NCBI GenBank assembly: GCA_965203295.1
Contig: CBDBCZ010000016.1
Location: 512,001-576,000 of the forward strand
DNA length: 64,000 nucleotides
Direction: 5' to 3'
Source: Nitrospirales bacterium
GTDB lineage: Bacteria; Nitrospirota; Nitrospiria; Nitrospirales; UBA8639
A program made the position numbers and the translations under genes. Position 1 is the stretch's first letter. Every line of letters starts with the position of its first letter. Shown one piece after another: positions 13,967-28,656 of this stretch. Under the pieces are notes generated by a model that saw only the letters and a list, made by a program, of their open reading frames with translations, had not been told where the DNA came from and made no database searches.

Positions 13967-14634
13967 TATTTTGGCTATCAATTGAGCAGTTCAGAGGCAG
14001 TCACATACTACATGTAGAACACATACTACAGTACCCATTCATACCACCGAGAGCTAAATACAGTTGGCAGAACATTGTTCACTCACTTCTGCCAGTTATT
14101 GAACAAGATATGCAAAGGAGTTTGGGAAGGTGAGCCCCCTGTTGTTAATCCACACGTCCACCGCAACTATAAAGTTCACACACTGAGTCTGCACTGTACT
14201 TTCTGCAGCAGAGTGAGTACTTTCTGCTCAACAGTAACAAAGCTTTCAGCGACGGGGTAATTATGTAAAGAGCATATATCACCAAGAAAACTAAAATATC
14301 CAGCCATGGGCCTACCACTGAGAAGACTGACAGCTACAGCCTGCAGCATGGACAGGGTCCAGCCCACAGGGTTACACTGCAGACCCTCCCCACACCACTC
14401 CCTGTACACAGGAGGGATGGAAGGTGGGGAATAGGAAGGCCATGGTGTACCTTATAAACACAAAAGAAAGGACTGTCTACACATCAATGTTACAAAGTCC
14501 TTGGAAATAGTTCACCAGCTACATAATCACCAAACAGTACAATGGTGAATGCAGGGCAATGTGGTGGTGAGCACGAGAAACGTAACGTTACATTAGCAAC
14601 TAAAAACGTGTAGGGCTATATAGGTACTTTGGAA

Positions 14635-14730
14635 ACCCCCCCCCTCCCCTTCCCTTCCCTCCCCTCCCCTCCCCTCCCCTCCCCTCCCCTCCCCTCCCCT
14701 CCCCTCCCCTCCCCTCCCCTCCCCTCCCCC
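14635..14730. repeat. (CCCCT)n pentanucleotide microsatellite
   Basis: Directly visible. Confidence 0.95.
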
Positions 14731-15087
14731 ACCCTACCCCCTTCCTCCCCTCCCAGCTTACTCCACAGTGATCTGTCCTGGTGTGGGAGAAGGGCAGTAG
14801 GAGAACTGGATGGCACTCCAGAGGCGGTAGAACTTCTGGCACTCATCGATGCTCATCACCCCATTCACGGGGGGAGGACCATTCCACACCTACACAAGAG
14901 TGTAAGGGATAGTTCAAAGTCAGTGGTACAGTATGTTACAGTAGAGTCTGCTTGTTCAAAAAAAGTAGCACCCTTGGCATTGGCTGCCTGCTGCTGAGTG
15001 CCGTGCTTGGAGACCATGGAGACCAGGTGCAGGGGGGCGTACTGTTGGTCCATCTGCTGCATCACTACCTCAGCACTCTGGTCCTCT

Positions 15088-15370
15088 GCGTGTGTGTGTG
15101 TGTGTGCGTGTGTGTGTGTGTGTGTGCGTGTGCGTGTGCGTGTGCGTGTGCGTGTGCGTGTGCGTGTGCGTGTGCGTGTGCGTGTGCGTGTGCGTGTGCG
15201 TGTGCGTGTGCGTGTGCGTGTGCGTGTGCGTGTGCGTGTGCGTGTGCGTGTGCGTGTGCGTGTGCGTGTGCGTGTGCGTGTGCGTGTGCGTGTGCGTGTG
15301 CGTGTGCGTGTGCGTGTGCGTGTGCGTGTGCGTGTGCGTGTGCGTGTGCGTGTGCGTGTGCGTGTGCGTG
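15088..15370. repeat. (GT)n/(GTGTGC)n microsatellite abutting a CYFIP splice acceptor
   Basis: Directly visible. Confidence 0.95.
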
Positions 15371-16084
15371 GCGGGGGGTGCACACATGAATGGATAGATG
15401 AATACAAGCACATGTATACACATTTGTGCATGTGAATGGTATACACAGGAGGTAGGTCACAGCTACATCACAAAGTAAATATTAATTTTGTGTCATGTGA
15501 TATTGAGCAGTTATCAAAAGTTGCGAAACGCGTGAGTTTCCGGCAGAATGAGTGACAGCGATTGTAGCAGTGGGTCTCCACGGCCTAAAACTCCAGATAT
15601 ACACTTGGCATCTCTGACAATTGGACGGGACGGCATACTAGCCAAAGTGCCACTCTTTTCTACCATGTTTGCAGCTGAATTTATCAACATTTTGATGAAT
15701 GACGATTATTACCCACGACTCCATCCGAGTCCATATTTCAGATGATTGAGTTGGAGCTGGATGGCGAAAACTAGCAAAACACTGTCTATGGGAAACACTG
15801 TACTTAACGTGCATTACGTAATCCAAATTATCCTGCTGCACGTAACTTTAATGAGACCTGATTAGCAAAGGTCAACCTTGGCTGACCTCCTCTGCACCAT
15901 TATCCACCAAGCCATGAAGCCACATAGCTACTAATTACAACAACCCACTTTTACAATCCTAGCTACTTCACATTGCAAATCCTACAAAGATAGTAGAGTC
16001 TACTATCTATGATAAATGTACAGATTTACCTATGCTTACCAGGAATGATGTTGTCATACATAACGGGTAATGCAGCAAATCAAG

Positions 16085-16774
<690 letters not shown>

Positions 16775-17504
16775 CACATACATAAGTCAGTGGTGGAATT
16801 GTAGCAGAAGTTGGGTAGGAAGTCGTAATGAAGCTCCCAGAAGATGTGCAGTGTGATTCTGCCGTGTGGAGAGCTGACCGCCTGGTTGACTTCCCTTAGC
16901 ATGGCGTCCCAGGAGTCCAGCTGCACGTACTCTGACAGCAGCTTGTTGGTCAAGCGGTTGACCTCCAGGAGAATCTCCAGCTCCTAGAGAGGAAGAGGGA
17001 GGAGGGAGTGAAAGGAAGAGGGTACTTTGGCCAGAACGGCTTAGAGACCATCACTACTCTGGTCTACACTCACATCTGAAATAGTAGGATGAGGCATACA
17101 GAACTCACCACAATGCCACAGAGGTCACTCGATTCAAACTTTGCCACAGCGAGGTCTATTGCCTTCACCATGCTGCTACCCAGCCTCTGGCAGAGCAGTG
17201 AGTTCAGGTCAATGGACCGACTCAGCAGCTGTTCAAAGTAAGGAGAAGAAAGCAAGTTACAGACATCGAGAACTGGAGTCCCACTGTGTACACGCAAGAC
17301 TATACCTGCACGCGGCGTTTGAGAATGGTCACATATCGGTTGGGGTTTGGGTGGGGGAACTACAATCAGAAAATTGGGTTCTTGTCATATAGAAACCACT
17401 AACAGTAGACTAGCAAAAGAAAGAAATAGCTACATGTACGTATTCTTCCAACTTTGCTGCAATGTGCTTGTAGTATTGGAAGATTTGTTCCCTCAGCTTG
17501 TACA

Positions 17505-17910
17505 CAAGGGGGGTCACTCCCATAGGCTCTGTAGTCACAACTGCGACCGCAGGTTAAAGTTTTGACCAGTTCATTTTAGCGGTTTAACCGTTGACCGCGC
17601 TCATTTTCGGCCGTTGACCTTTGACCGCTATACAATTTTTACCGTCGATTGTGCGAGGGACTTCCCCTAAAGCTAGCCGCTCGATCCGAGTCTACCGAAA
17701 AGCCCTCGAGTGACTAGCTGCGGAATGTTGCAATGTTCTTGCGTAAGGGTCCATCTATTTCGCGCTGCGATCTGACGTTGTTAGCGTTGACCGTATTTTT
17801 GAGCGTGCTTTGATCGTTGACCACACCCTTTTGAGCGGCTTTGATTGTTGACCAATGACCGACTGTGGTCGTAGTTGTGACTACAGAGCCTATGGAGTGA
17901 CCCCCCCTTG
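17505..17910. mobile_element. MITE with ~45-bp TIRs and 5-bp TSD
   Basis: TIRs caaggggggtcactcccataggctctgtagtcacaact / agttgtgactacagagcctatggagtgacccccccttg; gtaca duplicated at 17500-17504 and 17911-17915; internal gttgacc-type subrepeats. Confidence 0.85.
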
Positions 17911-18032
17911 GTACACTAGTGCTATCTATGCACTAACTAATCAAAACACAAGTGAACCTGAAAGGGGTTGGAAGGGTAATTAATAATGATAATGAAAGGG
18001 AGGATGCTTAGGTGACCTAAAAAACACGTTTA

Positions 18033-18391
<359 letters not shown>

Positions 18392-18620
18392 CTATCGGTG
18401 ACTACCTCCAAAATACTTACCTGTATTCTTTACCCATGGTGAGCTCTGGGAGTGAGATCATAACCTACCTGTGTGCTAGAGAGGCCCACAATCCTGCGAG
18501 GCACCTCCAAGTGGAACCCAGTCTTGGGGTCCTTGTCTCCCCTCAGAGCTGGGTCGTCATTCCTCTCCTTCCCATCCAGCCAGTCGATGCAGACGTCTCG
18601 GATGGCTAGCAGGATCCTTT

Positions 18621-18715
<95 letters not shown>

Positions 18716-21700
18716 TGAGTGTGAGTGAGTGTGTGTATGTGTGCATGTGTGTGGGGGTGGGGGTAGGTGGGTGCATAAGTGAGTGTGGGTTCAAATTAGA
18801 GAGGACCTTCAAACTACGGAACTCTGGGAAATGTACCTACTGTACCCCCTTTGTTTTCAGAGATGGAATGTTAGTGAGACTAGGTAATGAGATGGGGCAC
18901 AACGATGACAGTTATAGTAGCATCGCACAAATTCAGCGTCGTGGTGGCACTTATGATGACTTAATAATGATATCATAGTGATGTAATTAGCACAAGTAGT
19001 AGGCACGTACCCTCCTTTTGCATAATTCTGGTGAAAACACTGCATGGCTCATTTTGCCAACAGAGCTGAGCTTTGGTTTCTCCCACTTGTGTGAGTGCTA
19101 GAAGGCAGACAGTACATTCGAGCATGTAAGTTTCGAATTCTTTAACCATGTACACATGTAGCTAGCTAGCTAGGTCATAGCCACAGCTTCTGACAAAGAC
19201 AGAAGGCTACAGCTTGCCTGTGATTGGCCCTGCTTAAAAGAGTGCTACAGTGCAATCCAAAGATGGGAGCGCATGAGTTAGAGATGTACGTAGTTGTGAA
19301 CATGATGAGTGATAACCTTTCCAGCAGGTGAGCGTCAATTAGAGATGTCTAGGCCCGTGTCTAATGACTGCAGAATAATCGGGCAGGAAGCCATAGTAGG
19401 CTGCGTCTAATGTGACTGCAAAATGATCAGACCATGTGAGCAGGAAGCATTGTGGGGACAAGTGGCAGTACAAAAAATAGGCAAGTCTTGTACCACATTA
19501 CAATAAGCAATCTCCCAATGCCACCCAGTTTCTTGCAATTTAGCTTCTACAGAAGCCTCCAAGAATCCAATACACTACAGATCCTAGACAACTCTTTGAA
19601 AGCTGGTGAATATAAGCCTGCCCCAGTACCTGCTCAAAACCCTTGCAGGTTTTCCTGCTCAAATTATTGCAATTAGAGCACATGAAACCATTACAGCTAA
19701 AGGTCGGCATTCTCACCCAACATGAGATAACTTAACCTATAGGGGAGATTGGACACAGTCATGCGACAGTCTACGCAATCATGGTGTTGTATGGATTCTC
19801 CACGGAGCTATCTGTACAAAGGCAGTTTCTGTTATCAATGCAAATGAATCTGCTTGTGAAGCTTTGAAAAGCAAGTCAACCCATTCAACCCCTGGTTCAG
19901 TGTAGTGTTACTGTCCTTAAACTATCTACATGTAGTAGCGGGCAAAAGCAGGACTACGTACCGACTGGATTCGATCCACGGACAGTAAAATGCTGCCCTT
20001 CTAGGACTGTACCAGCTATCTCATATCAATCCACAGGCTTTACAATGAGCTATGATTACCAGCTAGTCTAGCTGCTGTCGTGTCTGCCACTCCTCTACAT
20101 GACACCTCAGAATCACTCGAGATGCTAGAGACTGCTGAACACTGAACAGTAAGTCGCTTTGGTGCATGCTAATTCCTTATTGATGCCCACTCAGGTTTAG
20201 TCAGTACATTATGTGTTACTGCACAGCGTCTCAGGGGAGAATGGTGGAAGACTTTGAGTAAAGTCTCTACAGAACTGAAGATAAAAGCTCCCAAACTTTC
20301 ATCCGATGTCAGATTCAAGCATGGTTGATGTCAGAAAGTCGCAGTGTTCTCAATACCAAATGATAATTAACTATCACTGCCACTCACATGTACTCTTTGA
20401 CAATGCACAAAAGGCGCCAGGCTTGAAAGGTGATCGGGCCAGGATGGTTGTGTATGCCTTTCAGACGCTCATGACACAAAGTTCTGAGTGCCCTGACATG
20501 ACTTCTCCAGTTGCACTCTTGGTTAGAAGCCACTGTCTTGCACGTAGCGTGGTACTAGGAATTTGCAATTTTTCAGTCAGCATACCAGTGCATGTATCTC
20601 GGAGACTGCCTCTGGTACATGTCCAGTTTTTGCATATTATGTAGCCCTGCTTTCGAATGGTACCGGTTTTGTGCAGCTCAGGGGGGGGGGGCGAATAAAA
20701 ATGTACTAAGCAAAACCGCACCCCTCTCGCGCGAAGCATGATCGAACCGTCCGTACAGAACGGCTTCTGTAGGCCAAGCGGTAAGCACCTGCAACTTGAG
20801 ATGTGTTAAGTTTATAGCAGAAGTATAGGCCTATAACATCCAGCTGCTGATTTCGTGGTACTAGGTCTTGCAAAGGCACCGAAAGAAATGGTCCCGCTAA
20901 TTAAACATTGGAATGCGCTTACGTTCTAATTTCCTACTTTTTCAATAATCCCCGTCACCTGAGGAACGACTGGCGTGAAGAAGGTGACGTCATTTCCTTC
21001 ACATATGTGAAGGAAATGACGTCACCATTCATGATGGGGATCTCCCTGAAGCGAGGTGCTCTTATCTTAGTCAGTGAAGCTAATTAAGACTAATTATGAC
21101 AATTCAGTATGACCTTTGAACCATTGATATGGGAAGTGCGTTATACTGAAGTTGTACACTCCTTTTTTGCAATGGCTTCTACAGAATCCTACAATAAGTA
21201 AATTTCCACTTCGCAGCGGCCCTCTACCTCTTCAGCCAGCCAGTATTTGGTAGCCTCGTACCCACGCCTTCTCTCACAGCTTTTTTCGCAGCCATGGAAA
21301 AAAGCGTGGGTAAGGACTGGAAGCAAACGTCACGTCATTGCTTACGTCAGATGCATCACATAGGAATGAAGTGACGTCACCAAAAGTACACACGACGATT
21401 TACAACGACCTCGAGAATCAAGCCGAAAGAACAACAGAAAATCCAGCTCAACTTACATAGCAGCACTTGCTCAAAACCCTTGTGGGTTTCGTGATTCAAA
21501 ATATAGCAATTTGGCCAACTGAACACTGTTACAACTGATCCACCAGCAATTAGAATCACGTACAATTACAACAGACACTAATCAGGTGCACATACCTAGA
21601 CAAACATGTTTACGTGAGCTACAAGACTAGCCTACCACTAGCTACTATACATTTCCCATAATAGCACAGGAACTACAAACTGTTTAGTCTGACAAGGTTG

Positions 21701-22479
21701 TCAGACAAGAAACGAGCCGAGTCTTCTACCAGTGGCTGTCACCACCCGCATACTGCTACTCGTGGTTGAGACCGTTACTCAGAAACAGAACCAAGAGACC
21801 TTGATCAATATGCCCCGCCCCCATGACATCATTGGTATTTACAGCAACAGCTCTTGCGTCTTTTCCCCACTGACCACTGCTACTAACACTGCCACCTTGC
21901 TTGGACTCAACAACTGCTACCTAGCTAGGAATTGAACAGCTCCATGATGTACAGTAAATGGAGTCAGTGTCATTCACCTACATGTACGGTAGGCTATGGC
22001 TGTGAAGAGCTTGGCCACAGTCCTAGCGTGCCTACGTTGTTTTGCAGTTGTTTGTAGTCTCTTCTGAGTTACTGCCTCCACGTGGCTCAGGCCGGGATCT
22101 GTCAGCAGTACTACTGCCACTGGCACACACATATCACATGTAGATAGCACCTTTCTATCTATACAGAGCGAGTTCAAAGAGCACAAGTAGTTGCGTGAGT
22201 GAAGCGAGCACACCTGCTTGTAATTGTAAAACCTGCTTGCAATTAATGGCATGTACACCAGACTCTCCCATTCTAGTCTCGTGCCCAGATCTTGGCTCCT
22301 CCCCCTTGCGGAAATCGTCTGGCGATCCAAGTTGCAGGTAGGCATGGCAAGGGAAAAGCCTATATACTAGGACAGAATTCTCAAGGGGAGGGGGGTGGAG
22401 CAAATGCCCTGCACAAGTCTCTCTGATCACCTGTCACAGGACAGCCCTTGCTATTTAAGTTTCTGTTCTACATGTACTA

Positions 22480-22615
22480 CAGTGGAACACCTCTATTGTG
22501 GGGACCTGGTAAACTAGAGAGATGTCCTCATTTCAGGGGTAAGTAAATCATTGGACCTTGAGAAGGGCCAAAGGTGTCCTTATTTCAGGGGAGTCCTTAA
22601 AGAGGGGTTCCACTG
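22480..22615. mobile_element. Short pogo/Tigger-like MITE (CAGTGGAAC termini)
   Basis: ta|cagtggaac ... gttccactg|ta. Confidence 0.7.
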
Positions 22616-24843
22616 TATAGCCACTAGAAAAATTCACAGTGGCCCCATTGAGACATTAGCATGCACTGTAGCAAGGCCCTAGCATTCCACACACACTCCC
22701 AGTGCTAAAAGTCCTTGTGTTCAAACGCTGCGAGTGATAAAGCTGAAGCACCCTCTTCCCAGGAGATCAGCCATGTTATTAGCAAGTCAGCTGCTGTAGC
22801 TATAGGATCGATATCTGCAGAGTAACAGCCAGTCGTGCAGAGAGGATGGGTGCGTTGAAGTGCGTTAAAGCTGCAATCCGAGGTGAGTGACTGGAGAAGG
22901 CTCTGTCTGAGCACATGGGCTTCTGGTATTATGGGAACTTATCAAATTATCGCCAATTTAGTATGACCTTTGAACCATTATGTTCTATTCCTTTAGCAGT
23001 GGCAATAGCTTCTACTGGTGTCGTTTTCGTTAGTATCGATATTCAATACTATATCGCGGTATAGCGATACGATACCTTACATCACGTGCCACGTATTTAA
23101 GTGTTCTCGAAGAACTTCTGTTAGTTTTTGTTTGGCTGTTTCACCCACATCCAGTTTCTATATGCACGTACATATATGTGTACATCTTGAAGAAACAGCT
23201 ATTTTGTCCACATTCGGTATGATCACAATATATTGATATTAGCGATACCTGTGGCGAAAGTATCAATATCATATCAATTCTATAGCTGCAGGCATCCCCA
23301 TCACTAATAGCTTCCTGAGAAGCCCCCAAAAATTTCTTATGTACTAAGACTCCACACTCACCCTCCAGAATTTCCATCAGTGGAGGTGTCTCAGCTTATA
23401 TAGCAGCATTTGCTCAAAACACTTGTGGGTTTCCTTGTCCATGTAATTATGGAACATGAATATCATTACACTGCAACCAATATCCTGACTACATAGGAGT
23501 CTTCTACCAGCGGTTATCACTGACTACATACTGCTACTTGTGGTTGAGACTGTTGCTCAGAAAGGTAATACGAGAGCTTCAATATGTCCTGCCCCATCAC
23601 ATCAATAATATGCAAACAGTGTTTGCACATTGTTATACTGAGGTGTTCTTTGTACTATGGACTGTTGTAGCCTTGTTCCCAGGCCTTACCCACACAAACG
23701 AACGAAATGTGAATGCTCTTAGTAAACAGGAACAGCCTGAAAACCAATATCTCCGACTTGCACAGTGAGAACTGTCAGCTCAGCTAACACACGGCTTCAC
23801 TGCTCAGGCACGTTGCTATGACGATCACTCAACTATGATGTTATCATGTCATGTGGGGGTGGGGGTGGGGGTGGGGGTAAGGATAAGGTTAAGGTTAGGG
23901 AGGAATACGTTTAGAATTAGGGTTAGGGATAGGGATGGATAGGGGTAAGGCAGGGTAGGGGTTGCGGAGGTTTAAAATAAAGCTCACTTCCTGCCTCCTC
24001 AAACTGTCATTTCACCTGTCGAAGGTGTGGCAGACAAGGGCATATTCCATTGTGTGAAGATTATCTCTCTGGCAGTTCACTATCAGACCCTGGCTATTGG
24101 ACTTCTAAAAAATTCGAAGCCCACTTAAAATTATACAAAAGTTGTGAAAGCCTGTTATACATGTAGTGTTCACTAAGTTATATACTAGCACTTGCTCAAA
24201 CACTTGTGGTCATACAAACTGAGTGCAATTAGGACACATGAATACCAATAATGTGGAGTCTGGGGCATGGATGGCTGGGTATGAGACCATGCTCTAGCTT
24301 ATTATTATGAGCTAGCAGTTACATAATCTTCTCAGTTACCATTTTGTAAGGAAAAGCTGTAATATGCAGATACAAAGATCTCCAGTCTCGTGCCCAGACC
24401 TCTGCTTGCCCACACACCAAACAGACACCATGTATGGCATCAAATTTAATGACCCCACGGCTGGAGCATACATGAGTCCTTCAATGAAATTACTCCAGGT
24501 TTGCACTACTGCATGATGTACACTGCCTCGTCCCCAGACATTTATTCCAATCCTAAAGTCTGTAGCACTAATGGATTCGCTGCCTCCTCAAACTGTCATT
24601 TCACCTGTCGAAGGTGTGGCAGACAAGGCCATATTGCACCCTGTGAAGATTATCTATCTGGCAATTCACTATCAGACCCTGGCTACTGGGCTTCTGGATA
24701 ATTAAAAATAACACTAAAGAATCTGTTATTGTGTTTGCATACTAGTACTTGCTAGTGCAAATAGGACGCATGAATACCACTTATGTGGAGTGTGGGGCAT
24801 GGATGGCTGAGTATGAGACCATGCTCTAGCATATTACAGTCTA

Positions 24844-26368
24844 CAGTGGAACCTCCCATAACGGACCCTCCCACCAGCGGACAACCTCCCTATAAAGGAC
24901 ACTAGCCGTGGCACCGATTGAAATCACTATAGTGCTAATGTATAAGAAACCTCCCACGAGCGGACGCTTCTTGATTCCGGACAGCGGACAAACTGCATGC
25001 TCCCGACTGCAAAAGTCCGTTGAAAACTGCCTCTTATAACGGATAAATTGGAAGCCGCACCCATCTTTCGTGCAAAAACGTGCATAAACGCGCATAAAGA
25101 CCGGAAGTTACTCTCGTACTCGTAGTCTAGACGGCAGATTCACTCAATTTATCCCGCCTGAAAACTGACTCACAGCGATAGTTGAGATACTGAACGCGTA
25201 AGTTCCCAGCAGCTCTTGTTTCTGAGATCGCTGTATAACATGCCAATCCAGTCGCCTACACAAGTTGGGCAAAAACGGGCATAAACCGAACGCGACACGG
25301 ATATACAGCTAGAGCACGTGATCTGTGACGACACGTGAAACTCTATTTCGAATCCATACCCATAAGCGGTGTAGAGATGCTTACACAGTTCAAACCATTC
25401 TGGACAGTTATTTTGGACATTACTGACATTGTTGACATTGTGGCACTCTATTTGTTATAACACTCAATGTTAATGTCGTCCGATAACTCTTTCGACAACA
25501 TATATTATACAGTCATGTAGCTAGCTACAATGAGCTATGCCTGGTAGATACGTACAGTAGATGACATGGTTTATGCTTGAATACTTGTCTGGTAGGCATT
25601 TGAGTGCTTCACTCATTGCACGCCACGGGCCACTTTATTGGCCTTTACGTAATGCTTCCGCTACGCCACGGGCCATTAAAGTGGCCCTAGAAACGGCAAG
25701 TTCATTTAGCGGCCAGGAGGGTCAACCCCTACCTTTATTAGCCATAGAATTGAGTACAGTGATTACTAATAGTGATGTAACTGTGCCAAAAGTCGGTCTA
25801 CTCAGTAATAGAACGGATATACACGGCAAAATATACAACCGATCAAGACGATTAGCTACGGCTACCTACACTGCTACACAGTTAGTTAGGCTTTGTAGGC
25901 TTTGTAGTCAACTTCATTGGCAGATACGATGGTAACTGGTTCAGGAGAAAGACGGGGGCTTCAGCAGGATCGTAGATCTTTGCTGCCTGAGCGTCAAGAC
26001 CACAGTACCGTGTCGAACTTACCGTGTATCGGGTTATCGATCCTGAATCCCTTCTTCGTTCCAATCCGCTGCCCTTTTTTGCCTTCAATGGCTGTAGCTG
26101 GTAGTCTTCCAACATATACGATGCAAAATTCGCTGGATATTTGACTTGGTAAGCATAAAAATAGCCATACGCTGTACTAAAACTTTTAGTACACCATTTT
26201 TGTAGAAACTGTGGCGTGGAGCATCACGCGCGTGACGTAATTACGGCGTGCAATAAGTTAATGAGGCTAAAAATAGCAAATTGAGTCGAACCTCCCACCA
26301 GAGGACAACCTCCGAATAAAGGACAAAAGCCTTGCTCCCAAAGTGTCCTTTATTCGGAGGTTCCACCG
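24844..26368. mobile_element. ~1.5-kb pogo/Tigger-like non-autonomous element
   Basis: ta|cagtggaacctcc... and ...ggaggttccaccg|ta, with the subterminal motif ggacaacctcc(c/g)...taaaggac at both ends. No transposase ORF. Confidence 0.8.
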
Positions 26369-26909
26369 TAGAATAAGACGTCAAATTTATTACCGAATCG
26401 CTGGCAGTCACAAAAACGTAACCAGAAAGTGCCCACTCTCATTATTACGTGCGGTTGCATCGTTGACATAATCATTTTCGCTAGCCTCGAGGCAGGAGTT
26501 GAAGAATTGCTGCTGTAATGCCCACATGAAGGTACTGAGGTAGTAGCTATAGACCCATTGATAGCATCAAGACAAACCATCTCACTAGGTTACAGCAGCT
26601 TTCATAAACCTTGCTACAGCAAACCAGAACCGCAACTAGTTAATTGGTTTGATTCAAGAAGTGACCACATCCTTTCAGAAGAGCATAATTAATCACTCAC
26701 CCGCCAATTAGTGCAGTGGGCGTTACTCTATAAGCTGTACATCTCATATGCACATCTCTTGCAGACTCACATTATTAGGGGCTGCTCCAATCTGAGATCC
26801 GCTGTGCTTGGTCTCTGCCACCGCACCACTGGAGTGCCTCACGGCTGCTGCAGCAATAGTGGCTGCACGGCTCACTGGATAGCCAGCTCTGCTGCATGGG
26901 AAAATGCAG

Positions 26910-27403
26910 TAGTCTCATACCCAGACCTCCACTCTCATACCCAGACCTCCACTCTCATACCCAGACCTCCATTCTCACACCCAGACCTCCACTCTCACAC
27001 CCAGACCTCCACAGTCATACCCAGACCTCCACTCTCATACCCAGACCCCCACTCTCATACCCGGACCTCTACTCTCATACCCAGACCTCCACTCTCATAC
27101 CCAGACCTCCACTCTCATACCCAGACCTCCATTCTCATACCCAGACCTCCACTCTCATACCCAGACCTCCACTCTCATACCCGGACCTCTACTCTCATAC
27201 CCAGACCTCCACTCTCATACCCAGACCTCCACTCTCATACCCAGACCTCCACTCTCATACCCAGACCTCCACTCTCATACCCAGACCTCTATACCCTCCC
27301 TGCCTAGTCTCATACCCAGACCTCCACTCTCATACCCAGACCTCCACTCTCATACCCAGACCTCTACACCCACCCTGCCTAGTCTCATACCCAGACCTCC
27401 ACT
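26910..27403. repeat. 20-bp minisatellite (ctcatacccagacctccact)n derived from a MITE terminus
   Basis: About 19 contiguous units, then two interrupted sub-arrays. The continuation at 27404-27453 is the inverted counterpart of 27867-27939. Confidence 0.9.
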
Positions 27404-28656
27404 CTGCCCCCTTACTGAAACGGCCAGTTGACCCAAGTCCAAAAGGTAGTTTCACCCACTTGCATTCCAGGTGGATCCAATGACATTGCAGTATTATTAC
27501 ACAAAAGAATGCTAATACGGTTGAAGAAAAAGCAATGCTAGCTGTTTTGGGCAGAATTAGACAGCCATTTCAATCAGCTGGCGATCGATACTGTTCTTTA
27601 TGTAGCTTGGAAGGTTAGATAACCATAATGTCGTCAAACAGGGAGTATGAAAGGAGCAACTTGTTGTAGTAGCTTTGAAAGGCAAGTTACCGTACCTTGT
27701 TCATGTTGCCATTCTGTACAGTACAGTACTGTGGCTAGTTTTCAGACAAGATTGGCGTACAAACGATCCTTGTAGAGACAGGAGTAACTTGTATACAGCT
27801 TTGAAGCCTAAACTACTTCACTAACTGCAAGTAAACCACTCATTACTCTGCACACATCGTATCCATTGAAATGACTTTTTGGACTTGGTCCGCCAGACCG
27901 TTTCAGTGAGGGGGAGGAGTGACGGTCTGGGCAAGGGACTCCTCCCCCTCAAGGTTCCTCGTGCATGCGCATAATTTTAAACTATGTCATTTTTATTTTA
28001 TTGCATTTAGAAAAATTCGGGCCTGTAAAACTACAAATCAAGTTAAAGTGGCGGCATGTCAAGTCGGAAGGATTAGGGTTAAGTCACATGACTTCCGCTA
28101 GTGCTGCCACGGCCCTGAGGTGCCATTCTCCGATTTGATCCTGGTACTCATTCACTAGAATAGCCCATTGTTTCAGTAAACCAATCATTTCCCCTGCCTG
28201 CATGCTATCAACCCAGGTACTAGCTGTGAATAATCACATAATTTGATACCTCCTACACTACATGAAGGATATAAGATAGCATGGAATTTACTAGTAACAG
28301 GTGTTTACAAATATCTTACCTTACAGAGGCAAGGATGGAGGTAGAGTCGGCAGGAATCTGTGCACACCGAGAGAAACCACTTTTAATCAGCTACGATGAC
28401 AAGCTACGGCAGGATCTAGACCACGCGACATGCATGCATGCATGCATAATTTATGCACGTGCGTGCCACTGCAGCTAGCTGCCAAGAGTGTTCGTCTGTA
28501 TGCATGCGAGCCAGCCTAACCCTAGTCTGGCGTGGCAAGCAAACAGCGTGGCTGCCTGAGTATCAGCGAGTTTATACTTGTAAGTGTTGTGTAATGATAG
28601 GCCTAAATGCTACTGAAAATAGTCTGCGGTGGGCGTGGCATAGGTACATGTACAAG

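Noticed and set aside
26711..27483. 198-aa and 195-aa repetitive ORFs
   Set aside because: Products of the stop-free 20-bp minisatellite.
28453..28647. N-terminal 65-aa extension of the Rab ORF
   Set aside because: No Rab similarity; ATGs at 28648 and 28657 give a normal Rab N-terminus.
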